This document shows positions 40,167 through 50,793 of a DNA stretch of 64,000 bases, in pieces. This DNA is from Acidimicrobiaceae bacterium. Lineage in GTDB: Bacteria > Actinomycetota > Acidimicrobiia > Acidimicrobiales > Aldehydirespiratoraceae. The translations under genes and the position numbers were made by a program. The stretch is taken from NCBI GenBank assembly GCA_018699415.1, contig JABIQM010000036.1, positions 61 to 64,060 of the forward strand, in the 5' to 3' direction. A model generated the notes under the pieces. That model did not search any database, had not been told where the DNA came from, and was given only the letters and a program-made list of their open reading frames with translations. Numbering within the stretch: the stretch's first letter is position 1; each line of letters opens with the position of its first letter.

Positions 40167-42404
40167 TTAGCTGCCGCTGGCGACTCCGGGTAGGACGCGA
40201 TAAGCGTCGTACACGGCTTCGATGCTGAGTACCGACGACAAGAGCGAGTCGAGTTGGCTCACATCGGCGAGTTCGAAGTCGAACAGCATCTTGGCGATCG
40301 CGTTGTCACCGGTGTGACTGGAGACGCCATGGACACTGAGGCCGTGGTCACTGAAGACCGTGGCAACGTCGACCAGCAGGCCCTTGCGGTCGAGCGCACT
40401 GATCTCAACCGAGGTAGAGAACCGACCCGAGTGCTCCGAGTCCCACTCCACCTCGATGAGTCGGTCGGGCTGGCCTTCGGACAAGTCGCTGGCATTGAGA
40501 CAGTCGTCGCGATGAACCGAAACGCCGCGACCACGGGTGACGAAACCGATGATCTCGTCCGGCGGCACCGGCGAGCAACACCGCGACAGGCGGACCATGA
40601 TGTCGTCAAGGCCTTCGACGTGAACGCCAGCTCCGTGCGTCGGACGGCGCGGTGCGCCAGTTCGACGCGTCACCGTCGATGGCAACCGGTCGGCTTCGAC
40701 AGGGTGCTCGTCGTCGCCTTTGAGCTCAGCGGCAATGCGGTCGGCGACCGATGCCGCTGCTACATGGCCCTCACCGATGGCAGCGAACAAGGATTCCTCA
40801 TCGACATAATTTAGCTGCTTCATAGCATCGCCAAACGCCGGTTCCTTCAGCACGCGACGGGCCGGCAAACCCTCACGGCGCATCGCCTGGATCAGATCGT
40901 CCCGCCCGTGCTCAATGGAATCCTCGCGCCGTTCTCGCGTGTACCACTGCTTGATTTTGTTAGCCGCCCGGCGGCTAGCGACAAACTTCAACCAGTCACG
41001 CGATGGGCCAGCGCCCTCCACCTTCGAGGTAAAGACCTCGACCATGTCGCCAGACTCAAGACGTGTATCAAGCGGCACGAGACGACCGTTGACCTTGGAT
41101 CCAATGCAGGCATGGCCAACATCGGTATGGATCGTGTAGGCGAAGTCGATTGTCGTGGCTCCAACGGGCAACTCAACAACCCTGCCCTTCGGGGTGAAGA
41201 CAAACACCTCGTCCTGGTCGAGGTCGAATTTCAGATTGGACATGAACTCCGACGGATCGGAGGTTTCTTGCTGCCATTCGACGATGCGGTTCAGCCATGC
41301 AAGGTCCCCACCGCCACCGTCTTCCTTATAATCCCAGTGCGCGGCGACGCCGAACTCAGCGCGGGCGTGCATCTCCTTTGTTCGCAACTGCACTTCAAGC
41401 GACTTGCCCTGGGGACCAACCACCGTCGTGTGCAACGACTGATAGAGATTGAACTTAGGCATCGCGATGTAGTCCTTGAACCGTCCCTGTACCGGCCGCC
41501 ACGTGGCGTGGATCGAACCGAGGGCGCCATAGCAGTCACGCACCGAGTCCACAATCACACGAATGGCGATGAGATCGAAGATCTCATCAAAGGACCGGCC
41601 CTTCACCACCATTTTCTCGTAGATCGACCACAGGTGCTTCGGCCGTCCATCGACATGAGCGACAATTCCCAGCTCAGCGAGACGGGCCTGAACATCGCCG
41701 ATCACCTGCATGAGGTACAGATCGCGCTCTGGTGCTCGCTGCTGGATCATCTGATCGATCTCGGCGTAGCGACGGCTGTGCAGAGCGGCGAACGACAGGT
41801 CTTCGAGCTGGACTTTCAGATCCTGCATACCTAATCGATGGGCAAGAGGGGCATAGACGTCGAGCGTCTCGCGTGCCACTCGCTCCTGCTTGTGTTGCGG
41901 CATCGCTGCGATGGTGCGGAGATTGTGAAGACGATCGGCGAGTTTGATGATCAGAACTCGGATGTCCTGGGCGATCGCCACGATCATCTTTCGCATTGTG
42001 GCGGCCTGTTGCTGCTCCTTCGAGTCGTACTTGACTCGCTCAAGCTTGGTGACCCCGTCGACGATGCGAGCGAGTTCGGCGCCGAACTCCTGCTCAAGCT
42101 GATCTATCTCAACGCCGGTGTCCTCCACCGCGTCATGCAGCAACGCTGCGGCAACAGCGATGTCATCGAGTCCTTGTTTAGCCACGATCGTTGCTACGGC
42201 CACTGGGTGACGGATGTAGGGCTCTCCCGACTTGCGGTTCTGTCCCTTGTGCGCAGTGTTGGCGAGCTTGAACGCCCGCTCGATGAGATCGATCGAGGCC
42301 TTGGGATGGTGCGAGGTGTACACATCAAGCAAATGAGCAATCTCGGCGGAAGCCGGACGGCTGGCCGCTCGCCGCCAAGGAAGAACGCGGGTGACTGTGG
42401 CCAT
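40167..42404 (-). CDS. rel: Bifunctional (p)ppGpp synthetase/hydrolase Rel
   Basis: HD hydrolase (ALLHDAVED), synthetase (YQSLHT, EVQLRT), TGS, ZFD and ACT domains. Confidence 0.97.
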   Translation of the reverse strand: MATVTRVLPWRRAASRPASAEIAHLLDVYTSHHPKASIDLIERAFKLANTAHKGQNRKSGEPYIRHPVAVATIVAKQGLDDIAVAAALLHDAVEDTGVEIDQLEQEFGAELARIVDGVTKLERVKYDSKEQQQAATMRKMIVAIAQDIRVLIIKLADRLHNLRTIAAMPQHKQERVARETLDVYAPLAHRLGMQDLKVQLEDLSFAALHSRRYAEIDQMIQQRAPERDLYLMQVIGDVQARLAELGIVAHVDGRPKHLWSIYEKMVVKGRSFDEIFDLIAIRVIVDSVRDCYGALGSIHATWRPVQGRFKDYIAMPKFNLYQSLHTTVVGPQGKSLEVQLRTKEMHARAEFGVAAHWDYKEDGGGGDLAWLNRIVEWQQETSDPSEFMSNLKFDLDQDEVFVFTPKGRVVELPVGATTIDFAYTIHTDVGHACIGSKVNGRLVPLDTRLESGDMVEVFTSKVEGAGPSRDWLKFVASRRAANKIKQWYTRERREDSIEHGRDDLIQAMRREGLPARRVLKEPAFGDAMKQLNYVDEESLFAAIGEGHVAAASVADRIAAELKGDDEHPVEADRLPSTVTRRTGAPRRPTHGAGVHVEGLDDIMVRLSRCCSPVPPDEIIGFVTRGRGVSVHRDDCLNASDLSEGQPDRLIEVEWDSEHSGRFSTSVEISALDRKGLLVDVATVFSDHGLSVHGVSSHTGDNAIAKMLFDFELADVSQLDSLLSSVLSIEAVYDAYRVLPGVASGS

Positions 42405-42940
42405 CAGCCCTCCACCGCCATGACAGCCTCAATACGGTGTTGGTCGATGTTTTGACGACCATTGAGGAAGCACAACTCGATCAAGAAACCAAAGCCGAGT
42501 AGATGGCCACCCACGTTGCCGACAAGAGTCGCAGCCGCAGCTGCCGTGCCACCGGTTGCGAGCACGTCATCGATGACCAAGGTGCGGGCACCTGAACGTA
42601 TCGCATCAAGATGCATCTCGATCGTGTCGACGCCGTACTCCAGGCCATACGTAGCCGAGGTAGTTGCCGCAGGAAGCTTGCCAGCCTTGCGCATTGGCAC
42701 GAATCCTGCCCCGAGAGCTCGAGCAACGGGTGCACCAAGGATGAAACCGCGAGCCTCAATGCCCACGACAGCTTCCACTCCCATATCCGTCCACGGCGAC
42801 GCGATTGCGTCAACAGTGACAGCAAGACCCATGGCATCGCCAAGCAAAGGCGTTATGTCCTTGAACACAATCCCAGGCTTGGGAAAGTCCGGGATGTCGC
42901 GGATCAAACCCTGAATAGTGTCAACGGCGGACTCTGCCAT
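42404..42940 (-). CDS. apt: Adenine phosphoribosyltransferase
   Basis: PDFPKPGIVFKDITPLL, GIEARGF, RKAGKLP, LEYG, IDDVLATGGT. Confidence 0.96.
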   Translation of the reverse strand: MAESAVDTIQGLIRDIPDFPKPGIVFKDITPLLGDAMGLAVTVDAIASPWTDMGVEAVVGIEARGFILGAPVARALGAGFVPMRKAGKLPAATTSATYGLEYGVDTIEMHLDAIRSGARTLVIDDVLATGGTAAAAATLVGNVGGHLLGFGFLIELCFLNGRQNIDQHRIEAVMAVEG

Positions 42941-42961
42941 GTTCTAACCGTATCGCTATTG

Positions 42962-44047
42962 CTACTTCTTCTTTTTCTTCCTCGGCCGAGGAGGAACGCC
43001 GGCCGCAGTTGGCCGATCAGCGGTCGCTCGCTTTGGATTAGCTGTAGTGCCGCCAAGAGCGGCATCTTGCTTCGTAACTACACGTGTACCAACGTCGCCA
43101 CCGGCACGAGTTATGACCTTCTTAGCGACTGCGGCATGGTCGGCTTCGCGTTCCTTCATGAACGCGACCAGTGAAGATGCCACGAAGATCGACGAGTAGG
43201 TGCCGACGACAATGCCAATAAGCAGCGCTATGGCGAACTCTTGAAGGGTGAGCGCTCCAAGGAAGAACGAACCGATCACCAGCATCGACAGCACCGGCAA
43301 AACCGACGTGATCGATGTGTTGATCGAACGCATCAACACCTGGTTGAGCGACTGATTCATCATCTCGGTGTATGTGTAGCGGCCGGTGACGCTGAGACGT
43401 CCGGCCACCTCACGGACCTTGTCGTAGACGACGATCGTGTCGTAGAGCGAGTAGCCCATGATCGTCAAGAACGCGATCACCGTCGCTGGTGTGACCTCAA
43501 ACTGGAAGATTGCGTAGACGCCAACCGAGATCAAGATGTCGTGAGCCACCGCCACCAATGCACCCACGGCCATCTTCCATTCCAGACGGATAGCGATGTA
43601 GAACGCGATGATGATAAAGAACCAGATCAGTGCGTTGCGAGCTTTGCCGGTGATCTGATCACCCCAGGAGGGGCCGACCGTTGTGACGCTGACATCACCC
43701 GCTTGAACGCCGGCGAAGTCGCGGAGCGCCACGGTGACTTCACTCACAGATGCCGGATCGTCGAGATCGGCGCGAACACGAATTGCTGAACTGCCAACAG
43801 TCTGGATCTTGCCTGCCGCAGCGCCTGTCCCTGATAGCGCATCCCGCGCCTCAGCGACCGACTGGCCGGGAGCATTGACCTCCCACGAGGTTCCGCCTTC
43901 GAACTCGATGCCGAGGTTCAGCCCGGCAACTAACAGCACACCAACGCTGAGCAGGACAAGTGCTCCTGATCCCCAAAGGGCCTTGCGCCACATAAGCGGG
44001 AAATCGAAGTGGTGTTCACCTCGGTAGAGCATGCGAAGCGTTTTCAT
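42962..44047 (-). CDS. secF: Protein translocase subunit SecF
   Basis: LGIEFEGG, VGPSWG, GYSLYDTIVVYDKVRE, RSINTS, GTYSSIFVA. Confidence 0.95.
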   Translation of the reverse strand: MKTLRMLYRGEHHFDFPLMWRKALWGSGALVLLSVGVLLVAGLNLGIEFEGGTSWEVNAPGQSVAEARDALSGTGAAAGKIQTVGSSAIRVRADLDDPASVSEVTVALRDFAGVQAGDVSVTTVGPSWGDQITGKARNALIWFFIIIAFYIAIRLEWKMAVGALVAVAHDILISVGVYAIFQFEVTPATVIAFLTIMGYSLYDTIVVYDKVREVAGRLSVTGRYTYTEMMNQSLNQVLMRSINTSITSVLPVLSMLVIGSFFLGALTLQEFAIALLIGIVVGTYSSIFVASSLVAFMKEREADHAAVAKKVITRAGGDVGTRVVTKQDAALGGTTANPKRATADRPTAAGVPPRPRKKKKK

Positions 44048-45537
44048 GACGACACCTCAGCCGGGCTCGGGATTCCGAAACGCGATGGCTTCTCCTCTAC
44101 CCCGTCCCGCGCTGCCAAGATGCGGATCGCCGGACCCATGAAGAAGTATGTGGCCACGAGGTCAAGGACCGTGGCGAGGCCGAGGAACAAGGCGAAGCCC
44201 TTCACCTGACCAACCGTGAGGAAGTAGAGAACAGCTGCGGCGATAAGGCTCGCCACGTTGGCCTTCACGATCGTGGAGTAAGCAATCGGGAACGCCCGCT
44301 CGACGGCGGACCGAAGACTTCGGTCGTTGCGGACGTCTTCCTTCAAGTGTTCGAAGTAGACAACGTTGGAATCAACTGAGACGCCGATCGACACGATCAA
44401 ACCGGTCACCCCGGCCAGCGTGAGTGCCAAGCCTTGGGTCTCCCCAAGCCACGCAATTATCGTCCACAACAACGAACCGGAGATGACAAGGCTCAAGATG
44501 GCGACAACGCCGAGTAGTCGGTAATAGGCAATCAGGTAAATCGACACCATGCCGACGCCGATGATGGCGGCGATAACACCTGAATCGAGCGCATCCTCAC
44601 CGAGTGTGGACGAGACGATGCGACTCTCCTGTGGGATGAGTTCGAGCGGAAGAGCCCCGAAGCGAAGCACTAAGGCGAGATCTTTCGCCTCCTCCTCTTG
44701 CATGTTGCCACCGGAGATCACGATCCCATCACGACTGAAGTTAGCTACGGCGACGTTGGGTGCACTCTCAACGACACCATCGATCTCAATCGCAAGGCGT
44801 CCGACACCTCGGCCAGAGCTTCGATCGATTCCCGTGGGTGGGCATCCCGGAGAACCGGATGCACACATGCTGGCGAGGTTGTTGAAGTCGTCGATACCTG
44901 GCGAGCCGGGACGGAACGTGATGCTCACAATCCACTCAGGCACTTGGAAAAGCGCTGCCGCAGTTTCGAGCGACTCGCCGTTGAGACGATCGACACCGTC
45001 GCCGTCTTGCTGAAGCAACTCAGGTGCCGGGCCGAGGAGGTAGGCGACCGCATCATTCCGCTTGTCCGACCCGATCATGCACTCGTCAGCCGCAGCATCA
45101 GGAGTTGGAGCGGCGGCGAGCAGTTCGCTTGCGTTGGGGCACGAGGCAAGAGCGGACTCTGAGAAGGGCACCCCGAGCATGCCGTCGGCAAGAACCGGGC
45201 GAAAGCGAAGTTCTGCGGTCTGGCCTACGAGATCGATGGCGCGAGCCTCGTCCTCGACGCCAGGAATCTGAACAAGGATCGTGGCGCCTTGCCGGGTGAC
45301 CTCAGGTTCACGAACACCAAGACCATCAACACGGTTGCGGATGATTTCTACAGCCTGGTCAAGGGTGTCCTCGTCGATCTCAGTGCCGTCTGCGGGTTCG
45401 GCCGGTTCAAGGACAACGCTGGCGCCGCCCTGCAGGTCAAGGCCGAGGAACGGCTCGTTGCCAGCGGCAAGGGTGTAGATGATTCCGCCAACCGACAGCA
45501 GAATGATCAGTACGACGTAGGTGACTTGACGACGCAT
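44044..45537 (-). CDS. secD: Protein translocase subunit SecD
   Basis: LGLDLQGG, IIRNRVDGLGVREP, LRFGALP, IGVSVDSNVVYFE, VKGFA. Confidence 0.95.
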   Translation of the reverse strand: MRRQVTYVVLIILLSVGGIIYTLAAGNEPFLGLDLQGGASVVLEPAEPADGTEIDEDTLDQAVEIIRNRVDGLGVREPEVTRQGATILVQIPGVEDEARAIDLVGQTAELRFRPVLADGMLGVPFSESALASCPNASELLAAAPTPDAAADECMIGSDKRNDAVAYLLGPAPELLQQDGDGVDRLNGESLETAAALFQVPEWIVSITFRPGSPGIDDFNNLASMCASGSPGCPPTGIDRSSGRGVGRLAIEIDGVVESAPNVAVANFSRDGIVISGGNMQEEEAKDLALVLRFGALPLELIPQESRIVSSTLGEDALDSGVIAAIIGVGMVSIYLIAYYRLLGVVAILSLVISGSLLWTIIAWLGETQGLALTLAGVTGLIVSIGVSVDSNVVYFEHLKEDVRNDRSLRSAVERAFPIAYSTIVKANVASLIAAAVLYFLTVGQVKGFALFLGLATVLDLVATYFFMGPAIRILAARDGVEEKPSRFGIPSPAEVSS

Positions 45538-45545
45538 CAGGTTGT

Positions 45546-45872
45546 TCAGGACTCGTCTTCGATTTCGATGAATTCGTCATCAGTCTCATCGTCGACGTCG
45601 TTCTCGTCATCATCATCGGTGTCGAAATCTGCAACCTTCTCGGTGACCGAAGACTTCATGATCTTGAGTTCGACCTCTGGTGCAACTTCGAGCCAGACAA
45701 CATCGTCTTCAACTTCAGCAATGGCACCGAAAATGCCGGACGATGTGACCACCAAGTCACCCTCCTCGAGGGAACGCAACAGCGCCTGGTGGGCTTTCAT
45801 CTTGCGCTGTTGAGGAACGATCATGAACGCATAAAGCGCTCCGAGCATCACGAATAGGATTACAACCTGCAT
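45546..45872 (-). CDS. yajC: Preprotein translocase subunit YajC
   Basis: TM helix, PQQRK, GD.VVTSSGIFG. Located between tgt and secD. Confidence 0.93.
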   Translation of the reverse strand: MQVVILFVMLGALYAFMIVPQQRKMKAHQALLRSLEEGDLVVTSSGIFGAIAEVEDDVVWLEVAPEVELKIMKSSVTEKVADFDTDDDDENDVDDETDDEFIEIEDES

Positions 45873-45913
45873 GGGACGGCCGTTCTGCGGTGGGGTTTGA
45901 ACCGAGGATGAGG

Positions 45914-47029
45914 CTACCGGCCCGACCAGACCTCATGAACCCCCATACGAAAGGAGTCGAAAGTTCCTTCGCTGATGGCATCGGCCATCTGGTCCATAAA
46001 GCGGAGCAGCCAAGCCACGTTGTGCAACGTAATGATGCGAGCCGCGGTCGGTTCTTTGGTCTGAAGAAGGTGGCGGAGATAACCCTTGGACCAGCGAGCG
46101 GCCGGTGATCCCGGCCAATCCGGATCAAGCGGTTCATCGGATGTGCGGAACTCGGAGCGGGTCAAGTTGTAGCGGCCGGCGTCGGTGAGGATCGTGCCGT
46201 GGCGGGCGAGACGAGTGGGCAACACACAATCGAACATGTCGACACCTCGAGCGACGCTCTCCACAATGCCGATCGGATCGCCGAGCCCCATAAAGTACCG
46301 GGGCTGATCAAGTGGCAGGAGATCCATGCATGCGTCGAGGCCGTACAGCATCTCGTCGCGGTTCTCCCCTACGGAGAGGCCACCAATCGCGTAGCCGTCG
46401 AAGCCGACCTCAATGGTTCGACGGGCGGACTCGACCCGCAGCGCTTCATCGGTACCGCCCTGCACGATGCCGAACTGGCACTGGCGGCCAGCAGCGTCAG
46501 GATGCTCGAGAAACGTCTGACGACCCCGACCGGCCCACAACGCAGTGCGATCAATCGCCGCGCGCAGGACCGAGCGATCAGCGACTGACGACGGGCACAC
46601 ATCGAGCACCATCTGGATGTCGGCGCCGATCTGGGCCTGAACCTCAACCGCCCGCTCGGGCGTCAGCAGGTGGGTGGTGCCGTCATATGTGGACTTGAAG
46701 GTTGCACCCTCGTCAGTAATCTGAGGCGCGAGTGAGAAGATCTGGTACCCGCCGCTGTCGGTGAGTACATGGCCATTCCAGTCGGCGAAGCCGTGGATGT
46801 GACCGAGCTTCTCGATCACGTCAGCACCCGGCCGCAGCATCAGGTGGTACGTATTGGCGAGGATTACTTGAGCGCCCAGGTCCTCCATGTCGCTGGAGGC
46901 AAGATGCCGAATAGCGCCGCGGGTGCCGACCGGCATGAATCGAGGCGTCGTGAACTCTCCGCGCGGGGTTGTCACAACCCCGCAGCGTGCACCGCCATCA
47001 CGAGCGGTTTCGGTAAAGAGAGCCTTCAT
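45914..47029 (-). CDS. tgt: tRNA-guanine(34) transglycosylase, preQ1 type, lacking the Zn-binding cysteines
   Basis: TPRFMPVGT, ANTYHL, TDSGGYQ, LDVC, GIVQGG, GGLSVGE, DMFDCVLPTR. Confidence 0.96.
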   Translation of the reverse strand: MKALFTETARDGGARCGVVTTPRGEFTTPRFMPVGTRGAIRHLASSDMEDLGAQVILANTYHLMLRPGADVIEKLGHIHGFADWNGHVLTDSGGYQIFSLAPQITDEGATFKSTYDGTTHLLTPERAVEVQAQIGADIQMVLDVCPSSVADRSVLRAAIDRTALWAGRGRQTFLEHPDAAGRQCQFGIVQGGTDEALRVESARRTIEVGFDGYAIGGLSVGENRDEMLYGLDACMDLLPLDQPRYFMGLGDPIGIVESVARGVDMFDCVLPTRLARHGTILTDAGRYNLTRSEFRTSDEPLDPDWPGSPAARWSKGYLRHLLQTKEPTAARIITLHNVAWLLRFMDQMADAISEGTFDSFRMGVHEVWSGR

Positions 47030-47220
47030 GGGGTGCAGGCTAGGCGCTGGCCTCGGCAGCCGGTTGCTCCATCAACTCGGAGGGGAAGATGACGCGCCTC
47101 GCCGTCGGTACAGCCGCCTGGTGTGCCCAACTGGAGGTGCTTGAGCGCTCCCGTTGGTCGTGATTGAGCGAGCAAGCGCAGTGCATCGCAGGCCAGCGTG
47201 GCCGGTGCGAGAATCTCATC

Positions 47221-47976
47221 ATGTCTCAGCCTGACTATCTCGCGCTACCTGACCCACACCTCAATCCTGTGTTCGCAGCCGCCTACGACGACCCGACTCA
47301 CGAGCTTTTTGGTCTGGATGCGGTCGGCGCAGCCGTCGGCATTCTGTCCGATCTCGCCGGGTGCGGAGCCGTGGTCGAGTTTGCAGTGGGCACTGGACGC
47401 TTGGCGCTACCTCTCGCTAAGACGGGGATCCGAGTCCATGGCATTGATTTCTCGGAACCGATGCTGGCGGAACTGCAGAAAAAAGACGAAGCGAACCTTG
47501 TTTCGCTGACGGTGGGCGACATGACCAAGACTCGCGTGTGCGAAGACGCCGCCGTCGTGTACCTCGTCTACAACACCATCACGAATCTCCGAACGCAGCG
47601 GCAGCAGGCCGCTTGCTTTCGCAATGCTGCAGCTCATCTTGCACCGAGCGGGTGTTTCGTCATCGAGAACGGGTTGCCGCAGCGTCACCGACTACCTTTC
47701 GGCGAAACCGTCGCACCCTTTGACGTGTCAGCAAACCACCTCGGCTTCGACGAGTACGTGGACCGTGTGAATCAGATCTCAATCTCGCACCACTACCACA
47801 TCAACGGCAGCCAGGCTCGACGCAGTTCCTTGGCTTTTCGCTACGTCTGGCCATCCGAACTCGAACTGATGGCTGAGCTGGCCGGGATGACGCTCGAAGA
47901 TAGATGGGCCGATTGGGACCGCTCTGTGTTCACTGACAAGTCGCGATCGCACGTATCGGTCTGGCGAAAGCTGTAG
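47221..47976 (+). CDS. Class I SAM-dependent methyltransferase
   Basis: VEFAVGTGRLALPL, GIDFSEPML, GDM, YNTITNL, RYVWPSELELMAELAG, SHVSVW. ATG 47221 chosen as start. Confidence 0.85.
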   Translation: MSQPDYLALPDPHLNPVFAAAYDDPTHELFGLDAVGAAVGILSDLAGCGAVVEFAVGTGRLALPLAKTGIRVHGIDFSEPMLAELQKKDEANLVSLTVGDMTKTRVCEDAAVVYLVYNTITNLRTQRQQAACFRNAAAHLAPSGCFVIENGLPQRHRLPFGETVAPFDVSANHLGFDEYVDRVNQISISHHYHINGSQARRSSLAFRYVWPSELELMAELAGMTLEDRWADWDRSVFTDKSRSHVSVWRKL

Positions 47977-48079
47977 TGGCGGGTCTGTGTCGACCCCAAC
48001 GCGAGCTTCGCCGCATCGGATGCTGCCGGACTCAAAGTCGGCGCCGGCGAGCGAACCTGGCGCAGCCTGCGGCAGGGCC

Positions 48080-49102
48080 TCACGAAACGATCCTGTCCCC
48101 GTCAACCCCAAGGAGCATTGCGTCACCGAAGCTGAGGAAGCGATAGTCATCGTCGAGGGCAATGTCATAGAGGTCACGCCAGCGGGGGCCGACAAACGCG
48201 TCAACGAGGCAGAGTAGAGTGGATTCGGGGAGATGGAAGTTCGTCAGCAGGACATCGACGACCTGCCAGTTGAACGGGCGACGGATGAAGAGGTTGCTTC
48301 GACCTTCCGGATTGCCCGTCACTGCCCATGATTCGAGCGCTCTCACTGCGGTGGTACCAACTGCGACCACACGACCGGCCTTCCCGACCGCAGATTGCGT
48401 CGCAGCGGGGACGTGATACCACTCCGTGTGCATGACGTGGTCGTCGAGGCGGTGCACCATCACAGGACGAAACGTGTCGAGGCCGACCGCAAGTTCCACC
48501 GTCGCCACATTGATGCCCCGTTCGGCCAGTTTCGCGAAGACTTCATCGGTGAAATGCAAGCCAGCGGTTGGTGCAGCAGCCGACAGCGGGCGATCAGCGT
48601 AGACGGTCTGATAGCGATCTGAATTGTCGATCTGCTTCTCGATATACGGCGGCAACGGTGGCAGACCCACCTCCTCGAGGACCTCGAGGAGTGGGCGATC
48701 GCCTGTATCGAGGACAACCAGTCGTCGTCCGTCGCCGAGATTCTCGCCCATCTCGATGCGGAGGTCGCCGGTCGTCAGTTTCATGCCGGGAGCAAGCTTC
48801 CGGCTCGGACGGGCGAGTGCTTCCCAGCCTTCGTCGCCACGGTTTTCAAGAAGAAGGATCTCGGCTCCTCCACCTGTTGGCCGCCGAGCCGGGATCCGCG
48901 CCGGCAGGACACGGGTATCGTTGACCACAACCAAGTCACCCGGCTCCAGCAGTTCAGGGAGATCGGCCACGATGCGGTGTTCAACGCTGTCTTTGCAGTC
49001 GACGAGAAGCCGAGCGGAATCACGCGGCTCGATCGGCGTCTGGGCGATCGCCGATGGCGGCAACTCGTATCGAATATCAGCGAGGGTCTCGGGTCGATCC
49101 AT
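48080..49102 (-). CDS. queA: S-adenosylmethionine:tRNA ribosyltransferase-isomerase
   Basis: IAQTP, VNDTRVLPAR, PLPPYI, YQTVYA, AAPTAGLHF, AVGTT, TNFHLP, YRFLSFGDAML. Confidence 0.96.
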   Translation of the reverse strand: MDRPETLADIRYELPPSAIAQTPIEPRDSARLLVDCKDSVEHRIVADLPELLEPGDLVVVNDTRVLPARIPARRPTGGGAEILLLENRGDEGWEALARPSRKLAPGMKLTTGDLRIEMGENLGDGRRLVVLDTGDRPLLEVLEEVGLPPLPPYIEKQIDNSDRYQTVYADRPLSAAAPTAGLHFTDEVFAKLAERGINVATVELAVGLDTFRPVMVHRLDDHVMHTEWYHVPAATQSAVGKAGRVVAVGTTAVRALESWAVTGNPEGRSNLFIRRPFNWQVVDVLLTNFHLPESTLLCLVDAFVGPRWRDLYDIALDDDYRFLSFGDAMLLGVDGDRIVS

Positions 49103-49147
49103 CGATGGGGAGGCTAGACCCTGCAGAGGCCCGCAAGGTTCCCGAGG

Positions 49148-50188
49148 TCAGCCGTCGAACAAGCCGGACTGCGGCGCAGTGTCGACCGCCGGTGGCGGCG
49201 ACATCCCGAGGTGCTGGTAGGCAGCCGGGGTAGCGACGCGGCCCCGCGGGGTGCGCATCAGCAGACCCTGCTGGATCAGGTACGGCTCGTAGACATCTTC
49301 GACCGTTTCCGTCGGCTCACTCACCGAGATGGCAAGCGTTGACAAACCGACCGGGCCCCCGCCGAAGCGACGGCAAACGGAATCCAATACGGCGCGGCTG
49401 GCCTTGTCGAGGCCGAGTTCGTCGACGCCGAAAAAAGCCAGACCGTCAGAAGCGACCTCAGCATCGACATGTCCGTCACGCTCAACTTCGGCGTAGTCAC
49501 GGACCTGGCGCAGCAGTCGGTTGGCGATACGAGGCGTGCCTCGCGATCGACGGGCAATCTCCCACGCGCCGCCTTCATCGATGTCAACGTGAAGGATTCG
49601 AGCGGCTCGCATAGCGATCGACAGGAGGTCATCGACCTCGTAGTAGTCGAGGCGAGCAACCAAGCCGAAACGATCACGAAGCGGGCCGGTGATCAGCCCG
49701 GTGCGGGTCGTGGCGCCGACCAATGTGAACCGGGCGAGGTCCAATGGGATTGAACGAGCGGCCGGCCCCTTGCCGAGCACGACATCGATCCGAAAGTCTT
49801 CCATGGCGGGATAGAGCACTTCTTCAACAGGACGAGGCAGACGGTGGATCTCGTCGATAAAGAGGACGTCACCCTCTTCAAGCTTCGACAGAATCGAAGC
49901 GAGATCGCCCGCCCGCTCAAGCGCTGGGCCCGAGGTGACGTTGAGGTTCGAACCCATCTCCGAAGCGATGATATTGGCCAGCGTGGTCTTGCCGAGACCA
50001 GGAGGACCAGCGAACAAGAGGTGATCAGAGGCTTCATTGCGGCGGGCGGCAGCACCCAGCATCACACCGAGGTGGCCTTTCAACTCGGCCTGTCCGACAA
50101 ATTCAGCCAGCGTGCGAGGCCGTAAACCTGGTTCCTCGATGATGTCTTCTGGCTCTTCAGCCGGGGACAGGAGTTCTTCGCGTGCCAT
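49148..50188 (-). CDS. ruvB: Holliday junction helicase RuvB
   Basis: [44 protein letters not shown]. Confidence 0.97.
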   Translation of the reverse strand: MAREELLSPAEEPEDIIEEPGLRPRTLAEFVGQAELKGHLGVMLGAAARRNEASDHLLFAGPPGLGKTTLANIIASEMGSNLNVTSGPALERAGDLASILSKLEEGDVLFIDEIHRLPRPVEEVLYPAMEDFRIDVVLGKGPAARSIPLDLARFTLVGATTRTGLITGPLRDRFGLVARLDYYEVDDLLSIAMRAARILHVDIDEGGAWEIARRSRGTPRIANRLLRQVRDYAEVERDGHVDAEVASDGLAFFGVDELGLDKASRAVLDSVCRRFGGGPVGLSTLAISVSEPTETVEDVYEPYLIQQGLLMRTPRGRVATPAAYQHLGMSPPPAVDTAPQSGLFDG

Positions 50189-50793
50189 CAGATGCCCGAT
50201 GCCAGACGACGCAGGGCGTCCCTTAGAAGGTCAGATGTTTCGCCACCAGCAGGCAAATCAACCAGCACGGCATGAATCTCGTCAGCCGCATAGCCGAGGC
50301 CCTCTAGGGCCGAGCGCACGTCAGCGCGTGCGCCACCAGCGACTGCTGCGGGCGATCCGTCGGTCAAAACCACGACGTCGGAATCAGGAAGGTCGAGCTT
50401 CGACTTCAGCTCCATGACCAGTCGAGCAGCGGTCTTCTTGCCGACGCCGGGAACGAGACAGAGCGCAGCGACGTCATCGTTGGCGACTGCTATGCGCAGC
50501 GCATCGGGACCGTGCACAGACAAGATGGCAAGACCGAGTGCCGGGCCTACCCCATGAGCGCTGATGAGGGACTCGAAAACACGCCGTTCAGCGATCGTGG
50601 CGAAGCCATAAAGCGTCTCGCTGTCTTCTCGAACCGCGTGATGCGTGTGAACGAAGACCTCGTCATCGAGCTCACCGATCGTGACCGACGTGGATGGCGT
50701 GACCTGCACGCGGTGGCCGATCCCCGCCACCTCGATCAGTAGCTCTCCGTCATGGCCGCGGTCGAGTAGCCGACCTCGCAGCGATCCGATCAT
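50188..50793 (-). CDS. ruvA: Holliday junction branch-migration protein RuvA
   Basis: [37 protein letters not shown] 50793 overlaps the ruvC stop. Confidence 0.95.
   Translation of the reverse strand: MIGSLRGRLLDRGHDGELLIEVAGIGHRVQVTPSTSVTIGELDDEVFVHTHHAVREDSETLYGFATIAERRVFESLISAHGVGPALGLAILSVHGPDALRIAVANDDVAALCLVPGVGKKTAARLVMELKSKLDLPDSDVVVLTDGSPAAVAGGARADVRSALEGLGYAADEIHAVLVDLPAGGETSDLLRDALRRLASGI

Noticed and set aside
45546-45620. Repetitive GAC/GAT/GAA tract at the yajC 3' end, and similar Ala/Glu repeats in rpoZ
   Set aside because: These are low-complexity acidic protein tails, not DNA repeats.
47030-47220. Possible preQ1 riboswitch or small ORF (47040-47222) upstream of tgt, and a 9-bp long-range inverted match CGCTGGCCT/AGGCCAGCG
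   Set aside because: tgt appears leaderless and there is no preQ1 consensus with an A-rich tail. A short GC-rich match is expected by chance.
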